DNA from: Octopus vulgaris
Taxonomy: Eukaryota
Reading direction: 5' to 3'
Assembly: GCA_951406725.2 (NCBI GenBank)
Contig: OX597823.1
Location: 24,738,001 to 24,802,000 of the forward strand
Length of the DNA stretch: 64,000 nucleotides
Under the pieces are notes generated by a model, which made no database searches, was not told where the DNA came from, and was given only the letters and a program-made list of their open reading frames with translations. This document shows, piece by piece, positions 38,601-52,300 of the stretch; position 1 is the first letter of the stretch; every line of letters begins with the position of its first letter. Made by a program: the position numbers and the translations under genes.

Positions 38601-40323
38601 CATGGATTTTCACCTATTGTGGGTGGTTTTGGAGCATAACACATGTGATAATCAAAGCGATTATTGTATAAAAAATTATTACTATTGTTGTTATTTACAC
38701 TCCCCTAAATTTTCCTTTAATTCCAGTTTCTCAGATCAATTTTGTGAAAGTAAAAGATGCAACTCTGGATGTATCCGGGAAAATATTGTGGAAAGAGAAA
38801 AATGTAACAGCAGATGCTTGTGCGGAAGGATGTTTGTCTAATGAAAATTGTTTATCATTTGAAATAAATAAAAATGATGGAAAATGTTACTTTTCAAGGC
38901 AAACAGCAGCTACCAACAAAAAAATGAAGACAACCAAGAGCAGAGATTACTACCAACGAGTTAAATGTAATTCCGTGCATTTTATTATTGCAATTCTCTT
39001 TTCCTCTTACTTCTAAAATTTGTGATTCCATTTGTAATTCATAATGTACAGACATTGACATGACTCTGTCTTTACAGAAAGACATAGACATATTCCTGAA
39101 AAACAATGAGCAATATTAGGAAATGGAAATACTGAATTTGTTCCTTTTGAACACTTTTATGCATGTTTCAATTGTATTTTATGTAAGTTAAGAGCATTCT
39201 GATAAGGAGAGAGCTACTTCTCCTTGAACAATTACTGCTGTGTCTGAAATAGTTGAAATAGGTCAGCTTGTGTACGTTTTTTTGTTTACTAGTCTTCAAA
39301 TGGAGAAGATCACTTTCCCAAAAGAAGTTTTCTGTCACAAGGGTACTGACCAAAAATTTCACTCTTCGAATTCAAGAAGACACCCTGATCATGCAAATTC
39401 AGTCATTGTCTTCTTGGCCAAACAAAGTTTACACCATTTACTTCCATTGAAGCATGGCACAAGTTATTCTAACAGCTTCCAAGTACCAATTGCAATTCAT
39501 AGTTGCCCCCAGCAGAACATTTTTGGGGGCTTGCTCTGCTCTCATGTCAACTCCAACTTCTCTGACATGTTTCTGTTGTTGTTGTTGTTATTGTTTCTAC
39601 TAATACTACTACTGCTGCTGCTGCTGCTGCAACTACTACAACTGCTACTTTATAGATATATCTAAAATAGATGATTATGCACATGTACCAGCAATCAAAA
39701 CTTTGAGTAAAATATGGGAAAGCCTTGTGTTGCATTATTTTATAAGTGGAGGATACATAAAAATAAAAACAGTACCCATTATTTTCCAGTGTAAGACATT
39801 GTAAGTATTGAGATATGTTTTGAAATAAGTGTCAAGATGTTCTACAGCACACATGGATTCTGATTAGGGTGACATTTTGAGAATCAATCATTTCTTTATT
39901 ATAAATCATGCATTTACATAATTTTGTACAGATACTTTACAATATCTAATGCATGAATGTGGTGTGTGTGTTTTGGGTAGTTGGAGGAGTGTAAAATGTA
40001 TTTCTTGTTCTCTCTTTCTTTTTCCAGCTGACAAACCTGTTATGTTTAGAAAAGCTAGCTTGCCAAGCAAAGCTACTTTAGGACAGCTTGAGGATAAAAC
40101 TTTAAAAGAGTGTGATAAGGCCTGTCATCACTATATAGGATGTAACTCATACCAGTACAATGCTGAAGCTAAGTTGTGTGATCTGAGTAATGTGACTCAG
40201 TTAAATAATGTACTTAAACCCAATGATGGAAATTGGGATATATTTTTGCTTAACCCAGGTGAGTAGTGTTTCCATTTTATTTATTTTGTACCTGTGAGTT
40301 TACATATATGTGTGTAGTGTGTA

Positions 40324-40355
<32 letters not shown>

Positions 40356-43300
40356 CCGTAAAAACCCAGTCTTCTCTATGTCTTGGCATCTGTATCTCTT
40401 GCAAACCAACTGTACATTTTTCTTCCATGCTGTTTCTTTTTTTGAGTTCTTTTTCTCTTTAAGTTAGCCATCTTTACACAATTCTCAGTTTTAATGATGC
40501 TGACCTTCTTCACATGTTTCAACAATGGTTCCATGGCATTTTTTAAATGCCACCCTAAGCTGTTATCCTCTGCTTCGATACAATCCTAGCAACTGATCAA
40601 ATCTCCCCCATCCTTTCTTCGGGACAAGTACAGCCTATCGGTATCACTCTCAGCGTAGAAGGCTCCATGCATTGTCCTTGTTTGTTTTCTCCTCATATTC
40701 ATTTACATCAGATCTTTCTTTTGCCATTTTATAATTCCAGCTCCATGCCGAAGTGACCTACATATTAACTTTTGCTTCTCTTGCAAACTGACCATACATT
40801 CTTTCCTAATGTGACTATGTTCCTATAGTTTTCCTCATTTACCTAATATTAATGCAACTTAGATATTGATTTCATTGTTGCTGTAACATTTTTCATGCTC
40901 ACTTAGCTAATTGTAACTACTTGAAAAGTGGGTTTTGTTCTTTATACTCAGAAGAACTCATTTCGGTAGTACTGTATGGTAATCTAGTAGCATAGCAGAA
41001 CTTTGACTCATAATAAGTTCAGAAAGATAATGATCAAAAATCTTAACTAAAACATTTCATTGACACACACGCACACGTGTCATAGTCAGTCAGTCTGTGA
41101 ATATATTTATTTATCCACTTGTCATGCCTTACTGGCACTGGAGCCCCATGCTAGTAGGGTGCTAAGAGCACCATCTGAGCATGATTGTTGCCAGAGCGGC
41201 TAACTGGCTTCCATGCCGGTGGCACATGAGAGGCACCATTTGAGCGGGATCATTACCAGTATCGCCTTACTGGCTCCTGTGCCGGTGACATGTGTAAAAA
41301 GATTCGAGCGAGGTCATTGCCAGTACCACCTGACTGGCCCCCATGCTGGTGGCACGTAAAAGCGCCCACTACACTCTTGGAGTGGTTGGCATTAGGAAGG
41401 GTATCCAGCTGTAGAAACTTTGCCAGATCAAGATTGGAGCCTGGTGCAGCCATCTGGTTCGCCAGCCCTCAGTCAAATCGTCCAACCCATGCTAGCATGG
41501 AAAGCAGACATTAAATTATAATGATGATTATTATCATCACCATCATTAACCTTCTTCCGCATTTTCTTTTTCTTCTTCTTCATCTTCTTTGTCATATAAT
41601 TATTATTATTATTATTACTATTATGTGATGAAAATTCACAGCTTATTTTGCTGGGCATGATGGAAAGTGTCGGCTGTCCGCAGCCAGCAGACTAAGATAT
41701 TCGTTCACTTGTCATAATTCAAGAACTCTGTGAAGAATTCTTCCACTTCCAAGCAATGCTGATTTTTGTAGGTGTTCTACCTTCACACTTGCACCAATCT
41801 TTTTAAACCATCATTGCTGTTGTTGTTGTTATATTTCTGGTTGGAAGGCTAGAATGTCGGTGGAAGCTTGACAGGTATTTTTGCAATCAAAGCGACTATC
41901 TTTGTTGATATTATTCTTTAAAAGGGAGCATAAGACAATAGGCTTTGTCCCCAGAAGAAAAGAACTAAATAAAATAATATTTGGGCACAAGGCCCAAATA
42001 TTAGTATTTGCGAAATATTTACATGTTCATAAGCGAAAACTGGCATGAAGGGGCATAACCTTCTAATGCAAAACAAAGCCATTTGTGAGAAAAATGTGAA
42101 TTTTTAATTATTTTCTGAGATTTTACAAAAACAACCAAAATGTAATTTTCACTGAACAGATAATAATTTCAGGGACAAAATTGACAATGAATCCAAAAGC
42201 AACACAAACTCTATAGACAGTGATAAAATTAACCACAAAGAACAAAGAAGTATTCTGACAGAGGAAAGTGACACAATGGAAAACACACAATCACCCCATA
42301 GTTGAATAGACAACAAAAATGTAACTGCCAACTCCCCAAAGAGAAATAATGTGGAAAATACCATGATGACTGATATCATCACAGAAAATAACTCCAACAA
42401 CACAGAATAGAGAAGCTTAACACAAAAAACAATAACAGAACGAATAATGACAACAAAAACATTGAAGAGAACACAACCAATACCAACATCAACACCAACA
42501 ACAGAGAGGTGTTTGTATTTGGAAGTAACAATAGCAGTAACAATGTGAACAATTACACCACCACCATCACCAGTGAGAACGGAACAAATACTTTTACAGC
42601 AGTACCTACAAAACGCCAACAAAAGTACTATGAGATAGAGAAAAAGACAAAAAAAACTGGGCTAATCTTGCAATCCCAGCTGAAGTGGAGGCAGAAAGTG
42701 AGAAGAGAACAGTAAAGTACAGGTGCATCTCAGTGCAGTCTCGGAGAGCAGAACAACCTGCCCACCTTCAAGTGGAGATGGCACTGAGATGAATTTGAGA
42801 GGATATCAAATTCATTCAAAGGGTCTGCAGAATTTCATTGGCACTTTGTTGAACTGTACAGGGCACACTTAGTGGTCCAGAGGCAGAGGTGAACTTCACT
42901 TCCTACCTCAATGGTCTGCTGGAGCTTTTGGCCAGGGATGTGGAGTTATGCAAAATGCTGATAATAGCTGAAGATATACGTGATGCATTGGTGAGTTGCA
43001 TGATGGAGAAGTCTCTGGGATTGGATGGTCTGCCCTCCAAGCTTTATATTCATATGCCAGACTTTTTCAGTGAGCTTTTGCTGGGTGTCTACCACAATTG
43101 GCAGCAGGACAGAAGAAACCCCAGATCTGTGAGCCGAGGTGTGGTGGCACTACTGAGAAAGGGTCTGAACAAGGGAGACATTGTTGATAACTTTAGGCCC
43201 ATAACTCTGCTAAATGCTGATTACAAAATTATGGCCAAGCTGTTAGCAAATAGGGTGGCATTTGTCATTGACAGACTGGTGAGTAATGCACAGACTTGCG

Positions 43301-46300
43301 CTATCCCCAACAGATCTGTCCGTGACAACCTCCACCTCATGCGATACATCATAGAGAGGGTTTGTAAAGAACCTGGCATGGGTGGGACCCTAATCAATTT
43401 GGATCGATCAAACGATTTTGACAGGGTTGACCATCAGTTCTTGGAGGCTGTCCTTAAGGTGGCTGGTTTCAGTCCCATTTTCAGAGGCTGGATTGCTGCA
43501 ATGTGCAGCAACATCTTTTTGGTGGTCAAAGTAAATGGCCTCTTGTTGGAAACGTTTAGCATCACATGTTCAGTCTGTCAAGGATGCCCTCTCTCACTCC
43601 TTCTCTACATACTGGCACTCGAGCCATTATTGCAGAAGCTGGATGTTCTGAGGGACATTTCTGGATGCATGAACTAGGATACAGAAGGTTTGTGTCAGCA
43701 TATGCAGACAACATCACTGTGATAGTTTCGGATGTCCTGGAAATCAAGATGGTCAGCACTACCCTAAAGGAATACAAAACAGTGACAGAAGCAATCATTA
43801 ACTATGAGAAGTCAGTGGGCCTACAGCTTGGCACCTGGAGAAGCAGATCCTTGCTGACCAAGCATTTCTGGAGTGCTGGACGGAAGGAACAGTTAAGTTT
43901 CTTGGGGTCTGGTTTGGTCCAGACCTCCAAGTGGACAAGAACTGGGGTGAGGTGTCAGACAGAGTAGCTAGTCTCACCCAGAAATGGGCCAAGAGGAAGC
44001 TGTTCTCAAAGGTGGGATGGAGGTGGCAAATGCGTACATCACATCCGTCATATACTACTGCCTGACTGCTGACCCTTGTCCCACTTCATGGCTGAATGTG
44101 CTGGTGCACTTACTCTTCTACTTCCTGTGGAAGGGATAGGTACCACTTGTCAGACAGACCATTTGCTGTCAGCACCTGTTGTATGGAGGACTAGGCATGC
44201 CATGGCTGATGATGTGCAAACATGTGCTGAGGCTGCAACATCTCCAGCAATACCATAATGGTGAGCAGGTGTGGTCGCCGTTTGTTGGATGCGCTTTTCC
44301 AGAGCTCGTCTCCTTGGTGGAGCGACTGTCTTGGATCAGCCATAGACCAAGACAGGGCGCTTGACGCCTAGAGTGTCTCAAATGCTCACAGCCCTCAGAG
44401 GACTTTCAGGTCGGGGCCTGTGGATAACTTACAGAAATCTCTGACCTGTCAGTGCTACTGGGGTATGGGGTGGGGAGCTCTGCTAGTTCACAATAAGCTC
44501 TACAGGCATGGATGTACAGTCAGACGGGCATTTCTGAGATGCACACAGAGCGATGCATACTCTCATACAGTGTCCATGCATTGCTGACTTGTGGAGCTTT
44601 GTCGAACAGTTATTGTCATATGTAGTACAGATCTGGTTACCATCCAAGTTCATCATGAAGATTGCCTCACTTCCTTCCTTTGCCCAGGAAGGACAGGCAG
44701 TTTTTCTCTGCCTGGTGGCTACTGCAAAAATGGTTGTTAGGTAGACACAATTGAAAGGGTTGAAGACAGGTACCTTCCTCTTTGGCCAAGGCCTCATTGG
44801 CTTTTCCAGGTTTCACCTGAAAAGGAAAGTAAGGCTGGAGATAGTGGTTCTGTCACCCAGATAGTGTGCCTGCAGTGCACATTCACCACTTATGGCTACC
44901 AGACTTCATTGGCATTACTGTTCATTCATATCTGGATCTATGTCTGGAATTCCTAGGTACATGTTGGGTATATTTTAAATGATTGATATGGAAGACAGAG
45001 TGTAACTAGAAGTTTTATTAATAAAACAATCATTTCAGCCTTCAGTCTGCACTGCTCTCAAGTGGATGTGGTACAAAGTAATGACATCAGATACCATGCA
45101 CAGTGCAGTGAGCCTCATCAGGTGTTCAGATGTCTTCAGTTTGTTTTAGTCAATATTTTTATTTCTAAATTAGTCCTTGTTCTCAGCCACTCCTGGTATA
45201 CATGTACCACTGATATCAATTTCTCTTATCTTTCAGTTTACACAAAAGTTGACTGTGGGCCTCCAAAAGATGTTGTTGATGCCAAGAAGACCTACAATAC
45301 CACCACCTTTAAATCTAAAGTAATCTACACTTGTCCAGAAGGAGAAATATTTAAATCAGTATGTAAAGAGGATCATAAATGGTCTCCTGTACCGTCCGCT
45401 TGTAAAGGTAAATTAATATAAACAGGTTCTCTCTTAATGTTTCTGTTTCGATAATTTTGTTTAATTTTTCTGAAATATCTTTGTAAGAGAAAGAAAGACT
45501 GATTCGTTGATAATTTTCATGGTGTTGTTGGCTGATGTCAGGGAAAGAGTAAGCTATCCTCAGATCAGTGACATCCCCAAATGCTTGTAACAGAATAGAC
45601 TTCATCAAACTCATCCAAGTTACAGGTTATGGTATTAAATTTGATAATGGATTAAATCTGCTAGCCAAGAGTAGCAAGTGTAGCAGCTTGTCCTCCCCAG
45701 TAGGCTTACACATAGTTTCCAGCCACCAAATTTCATTCACAAGGCTTAGTTGTGAAGCAGATACAGCCAGAAATTCTCACAATACCATATTATTGTCAAG
45801 TTATAGCTCAGCTCATCGTCATTTTCCTCTTCATTTCTAACTCTTCATTTTTCACCCATTCTTCATGTCATCATCTTAAACTCTGTACAATAAATAGCCC
45901 AGGGTACTTCTTTACTAGAATTCAGCAGCTGACTGAAGGATTTCTGATGCTTTACTGATCTTCCAGTTCACTATTTTTAATTACGATAATAATTTGAAAT
46001 TTTGGCACAAGGTCAGTAATTTTAGGGGAGGAGTAAGTCAATCACATCAACTCCAGTGCACAATGGGTATTTATTTTATTGACCCCAAAGGGGTGAGCAA
46101 CAAAGTCAGCTTTGGCAGGGTTTGAACTCAGACTGTAAAGACAGACAAAATGCTTAGCAGCAGTTTGTCTGGCATGCTAAAAATTCTGCCAACTCACCAC
46201 CTTATCCTAAATTATGGTAATACAAATAATAACAATGCTTTCTGGTTTGAAAGAAAAAAAAATTTTGATAGAAGGGGTTTAGTCACTATTATTGACTCCA

Positions 46301-49300
46301 GTGCTTGACTTGTATTACATGATACTGGTCCCCACAAGAAAGAAAAGCAAATGTGACATAAGCTAGATTTGAACTGAAAGCACGAAGAGTCTAAATACAT
46401 ACTGTGAAATATTTCTTCCAATGCCCTAATTAGTATACAAGTATCATCATCATCATCATCATCACCATCAGTTTTCCATGCTAGCATGGGTAGGACAGTT
46501 TGACAGGAACTTACAAGTCAGAAAACTTCACCAAGCTCTACTGTCTGTTTTAGCATAGTTTCTATGGCTACATGCTCTTTCTAATGCCAACAGCTTTATA
46601 GAGTCTACTGTGTGCTTTTTACATGGCTCCAACACCAATGAGACCACCACATAGCTTACAGGACAGGATCCCTCAGCTGAAGGGAGTAGTATTGAAGGAC
46701 AGAAATATTTATTGTATGTGAAACCTTCCCCCACCAATCAAAGATCACCAGGTACTCCAAGGACAAGTGCCCTCTACAATTAATATTTAAGCACTGTGGG
46801 TCACATCTACTTTCACATCAATTTCAATAATTTCCCTTGAAGTGAGCATCTTCCTCTCCATCCTCACAAGGTATAAACTTTAAAAATGCAAATTAGGGAT
46901 TGACCAAAGTGGAAGTCCCCATTATCAGACCTTTCGACCTCAAGTGGCACACAACCTCCTTTCTCAGAGCAACAAAATAGAGAAAAACTGCTTTCTCTGT
47001 TGGATTAAAAGAACGTGGGGCAACCATCATGATGGTCTTGTCTGACAGCCTAATTTGAACTACATACAAAAGCTTAAATGTTTGACCTAAATCTACAAGT
47101 CAAAAATGCCTGGACATTCAACATGTACGTGTAAAACTAGCTTGTTGCACTGTGCACATCTCAGACAGGACTGCCTGATGGCACCTCTGTGATTGTAGAT
47201 TATATCCAGAACTATTAGAGCCTTTTGGTAAAATTTGTCAAGGACTTCAGGAAGTTCTCCATAGTATTCTCAGAATAAAAAGTTATCTTTCAAATAAATT
47301 TTTCACTTCATTCTAATCAAAGCCCAGAGTGTCTCTGAGAATATCAGTGCTCTTTCCCCACCACTAATATTCTATAGGTAACTCGAGTGTAATACCTATC
47401 AATTTCATTGCCCAAGTCAGGTTTGATCCAGGATCTTTAGGACTACATTAGATAATCAAGCCTTCCTTTTTTAAGATACTTGGGTGTGATTGAGAGTGAT
47501 TTTCTTAATATGTCTAATAAGACAGGCATGCACTTAGAGGGCTTCCACCATGGTGGTCAACAGTAAATATTGAACTTAAAATTGCAAGCTAACAGATATG
47601 ACATGGTTTATCCTCTTGTATGAATTTTTAATCTTTTTTAGTACCACTTTCTGACACATCAGCTAGTCAAGGTGATGGTTGTGAACAATGCTTGATCCAA
47701 TGTAAACATATTTATTGCAATAATAGACACTGACATTGACCACCACCACCACCCCTAGATGCTCATGCAGGGCATTGATCACATTAATCTTACAAGTGTA
47801 GGAGGGAGTGTGGTTTCAGAATTTCTTGACAGCTATTTTTGCCACAACTAGCTTGTTACAAGATATAAGGACCACCTCATTGTAATAAGTTATGTATTCA
47901 TTATTAAGGTAAATGGCCAAACATAATTAGAGAAAGCAATGAAAGTGAGTGATATTCATGTCTTACTTAAGAGTAGTGACTGTCTAAGTAAAGTGAACTG
48001 ACTTGGACAGAGAATCAAATCCAGATTACTCACTCAAGCCATGTATATGTACTAAGACAACAATGCAGGAAATTACTCAGGTCATTTCCTGCATGGGAAA
48101 CAAATAGTAAAGTGGCCACTTATTGAACCAACATATTATGATTTCACCCTCAAAGTCTTGTAAAATTATTGTTAATGACTCATTCTGGTCATGAAACTCA
48201 GAAGAGACATCTTTATAAAGATAAACACTTTTTTTTCTGTTTCATTAAAAGAATAATTTTGATTAATTAATATTTATTAGTTTGGCTGTCCATATTTATT
48301 ACATATATATTTATTCACTAGACGATGGTGAGAGTGAAATTATTTTAGTTTTTCCAGGCAAAATATTGTGAAAGGTAATGGGTTGTAGGCCTTGTGATGA
48401 CCAGCCATATTTAGTTATGTCCTTTTACATTCTGGGTTCAAATCACACCTGGATGTACTTTTGGTTCATAAAGCAAATATTAGTCAAGTACTGAGATAGA
48501 TCTCTTCATATGTATTCTCAATGCAGAAAGTGTGGCCTTGGCCTCTCACACCAATCCTAAAATATCATTCTAAAGATTACCAGCCACCAATCTCATAGCT
48601 ACAAGATAATGCAAGATTAATTCAAAACTTGAATAAATAAGCTTTACATTAGATAGAATAACGTGAATGCTAAAGGGTTAAGTTGGGAACAATTATCATT
48701 AATATTGTTAACATCAGCAATAGTTATAATTATTCTTGAGTGTTGGGCCTCATGGAGGCAAAGTGGCTGAGTTCCTTTTGAGTTTTGGGCCTCACAAAGG
48801 CAATGACCAAGAGCTTTGGCATTATGTTGTGCTTTAGAAGACCTATCAAGCTGAAGAAAATCACAGTCATGGCAGATACTGATATCACACAATTGGCACC
48901 TGTGCCGGTAGCATGTAAAAGCATCCATTACACTCTCGGAGTGGTTGGCGTTATAAAACCATGCAAAACAGTCTGAATTATGGTGCAGCCCTCCAGCTTG
49001 CTAGCCCCAGTCAAACTGTCCAACCTATGCCAGCAAGGACAATGGACATTAAATGATGATGATGATGATGATTCTTCTGGTAAGGAGGTATTCATAGAAT
49101 CATTTGAGCATCAGACAAATTGTGTTGTGGTTTTAGTTCTGACTCGTTAACTTCAGAGTTCATATCATGATGATGTTAACTTTGCCCTTCCAGGGCTAAT
49201 AAAATACAATGCTACACAGGTGTAGAGACCAATTTAATTGATCACATTTTTCCTAGTTTTGGCCTTCTTTCAGTGTGAGAAATTATTATTGTTGTTCTTG

Positions 49301-52300
49301 TTTTGTTTTCAATTGTCTCAATCTTGCTTTAAATTCCAGTTGCTCAGATCCATTTTGTGAAAGTAAAAGATGCAGTTCTGGATGTATCTGGGAAAGCATT
49401 GTTGCACAAGAAAAATGTAACAGCTGATGCTTGTGGTAAAGAGTGTTTGTCTGACAAAACTTGTTTGTCATTTGAAATGAATAAAGAAAACGGAGATTGT
49501 TACTTATCAAAGCAAACTGCAACTAAATCCAAGAAAATGAAATCAGACAAAAGCAGAGATTACTACCAACGAATAAAATGTAATTATTTTTTTGTATTTT
49601 ATCGTTGGATTCCCTTTGCCTCTTTTCTCTGTAATTTGTGATTCTATTTGTACTTCATGATATGTATATACAACCATTTCTGTAAAGACATTGACAGGGT
49701 TGCCTAAAAGATCTGTGGTAGGAGTAATTAGTGCGGAGTTGGAAACTGGGATATCCAAGCATATCTAAAAGGTAAAATGTGAATAAAAGAGAGAGTGGGA
49801 ATAGATTAAGAGGAATTGATGGGGTAGAGGTTGCAAGTGTTTGGGAGCAGAGTGAGAGAAGTTAGATAGCTTGTGGATGATTATGGTGAATAGTGGTCAA
49901 GGATGGAGTGATGATTGATGATAAACATGATTTTGAGGGAAGGGGACAGGAGGTGATGGCTAGTAGTATAGAAAGGGTGAAGAACATCAGAATGTTAATT
50001 ATAAAATAATAGAAATGGGGAAGAAAACAGAGAGGGAGATTAAGGGTAGGTTTTAAGGTGTGTCTAGAGAGTGAGAGATCTTGAGTGATAGGTGGTCAGG
50101 GGTAGATAAGTGTGAGTCAACTGAAAATGGTTCAGGTGAGAGGGAAAGACAGAAAGGAAAATATGTGTGGGAAAAGACAACGTTAAGAATGAAGGATGAA
50201 TGCAAAAGGATGTGGTAATAGGGAGTGAGAGAGATAATTGATAATGCAAACAATGATGATGAAATAAGTAGTTCTAATCTCATTTAACTATAACAGCAAA
50301 ATAATGCAGATGTGAGGAGCACAATGAAGGGAAATAAGGGGTGTGGAAAGCTTAACTGTAACAAGTTTGGTGAAGGACCCAGTTGTGAGCACATACATTA
50401 TGTTTCCAGAACATTAGCTTCACCATGTTGAGCAGGTCTTGCAACCTTGTAGCAATGCGATTCATATACAATTCTCATACAATCTGATTTTTACTCTAAG
50501 AGAGAAGCCTTTTGTAAACCAAAGAAAGATAATAGCTCTCTGAACTTTCTCCAACTCTTCTTACTTTGGCTATTATTCTTTCAGTACACCCCATTCCCTT
50601 CTAATTATATCACCTAGGAACAGAAGCTATCTACTGCCTCCAGAGAGTTTCTCGGGCATTTGAGAAAATCACTTTCCTGTGCACTCTTACTGTTTATTGT
50701 TCTTGCACATCTTTCACAGACAAAGCTTACTTTCTGTTAACCAGCCTGTGATTCTACAGCACCTCTTGTGTATTCATAGTTCACTCTGATTACATGATAT
50801 AGAAGTTCTACCTGCTCCTTTTCTACATATTGAGTAATGTCATTTCCTTTATGGAGGTATAGTTGTGTCTCATTTCCTACTTATTAAAACTTAAGTGTTT
50901 ACTAAGTTAATTTTCATGCCATTTGCTTCCACACCCTGCATTTCATTTCTAATTCCACAACAGACTGGCTATTATAACAAGGTCATTAGCATAGAATGGT
51001 TTCCATGGGCATTCATTCTTAAACTTCTTTGTTATGACCAGGAGGACTACAACAAAAAGAAAAGAACTCCAAACCAAGCCCAGGTGAACTACTACCTGCA
51101 CAACAGATTTGCTACTGCACTCATTGCTAACTTTCACAATAAGCGATTTTCTTATGAACTACATTAGTTGAGTACATTAGTAACACCATATGGCTTTATC
51201 AAAGCCTCAAATATGAAGTGCAATTTAGTTGGGAAAAGAATTACATTTATGTATATTTATAGGATAAAGCATTACCAAGAAGAAAGCAAACATGTACATG
51301 GGGAGGAAAATCAAGGGCTTCTCCCATAAATAGAATAACATTAGTTTTAAGATGTGTATTAAGATGGGTGTATACAGTTTTAGATAAAGAGTAATTAGAT
51401 CTAACAGTAGAAATATATGCATGCATACACACACACACACACACACACACTCACTCATATACGAGTGTGTATGTATCTGCAGGTACTTGATAGCATCACA
51501 ATGCCAAATTGTGCTCATTTTCAAGAGACATTGCATTTAGTTACTTCTGAAGTCAGATGTCAGTTTAGTTGGAGAGAAATAATGCAGTTATTAATAAAAA
51601 CAGCTGAAATTAATACCTACGAGAATTCACAGCTCTAGTATCACTCCTTTATAGTCAGTGGAAACACCCAGCTTCACTTGTTCCAAAGAAGGCCATGGTT
51701 GTTTCATCTGTGGGGGAGGTGATGGTCTTAGTTTGTTGAGATAAAAAAGGCATTATGTTTATTGACTATCTTCAAAAGGGCCATACCATCAATGAAGAGT
51801 ACATTACCAACTTGCTGAGTCAGTTACAAAAAGCTATCATGACCAAACACCCAGGAAAACTGATGAGGTCTTGTTTCATCAGAACAATGTTCCAGCACAC
51901 AAGTCCTTGGTTTCATGGTTGCTATGTCTGGCTGTGACTTTGATCACTCTTACTATTCTCCTGATTTGGCCCCATCTGACCATCATCTATACCCCAACAG
52001 GAAAAAAACACTTGGCTGGGAACCAGTATTGCAGTGATGACATCATATCTGCCGTTGATGGCTTTTTTTTAGTAGTAGGAAGAAAGCTTCTTTACCAATG
52101 GGATCCAGAGCACTGCAATACCAGTGTAAGAAGTATATGGACCACACGGGGAACTATATTGAAAAATAAACCTCATTTGGTTAAATTCCATGAGAGTATT
52201 TTGGTCAAGGTATAAACTTTTCAGCTGACTTCGTATTTGTTATAAATAAATTCTACATTTAAAACAATTTATGAATTGGTTGCTATATAATTTTTAATTT

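Noticed and set aside
38732-38734. Alternative CAG acceptor 8 nt inside A4 (and at 49345-49347 in A5)
   Set aside because: It would give a 232-nt frameshifting exon; the upstream CAG gives the 240-nt length shared by all A exons.
37278-43677. Long RT ORFs (282 aa, 262 aa) as domesticated genes or a retron/DGR-like diversification system for the exon array
   Set aside because: They are frameshifted fragments of ordinary RTE and Tx1/L1 LINEs; no template/variable repeat pair or adenine-specific mutation pattern is evident.
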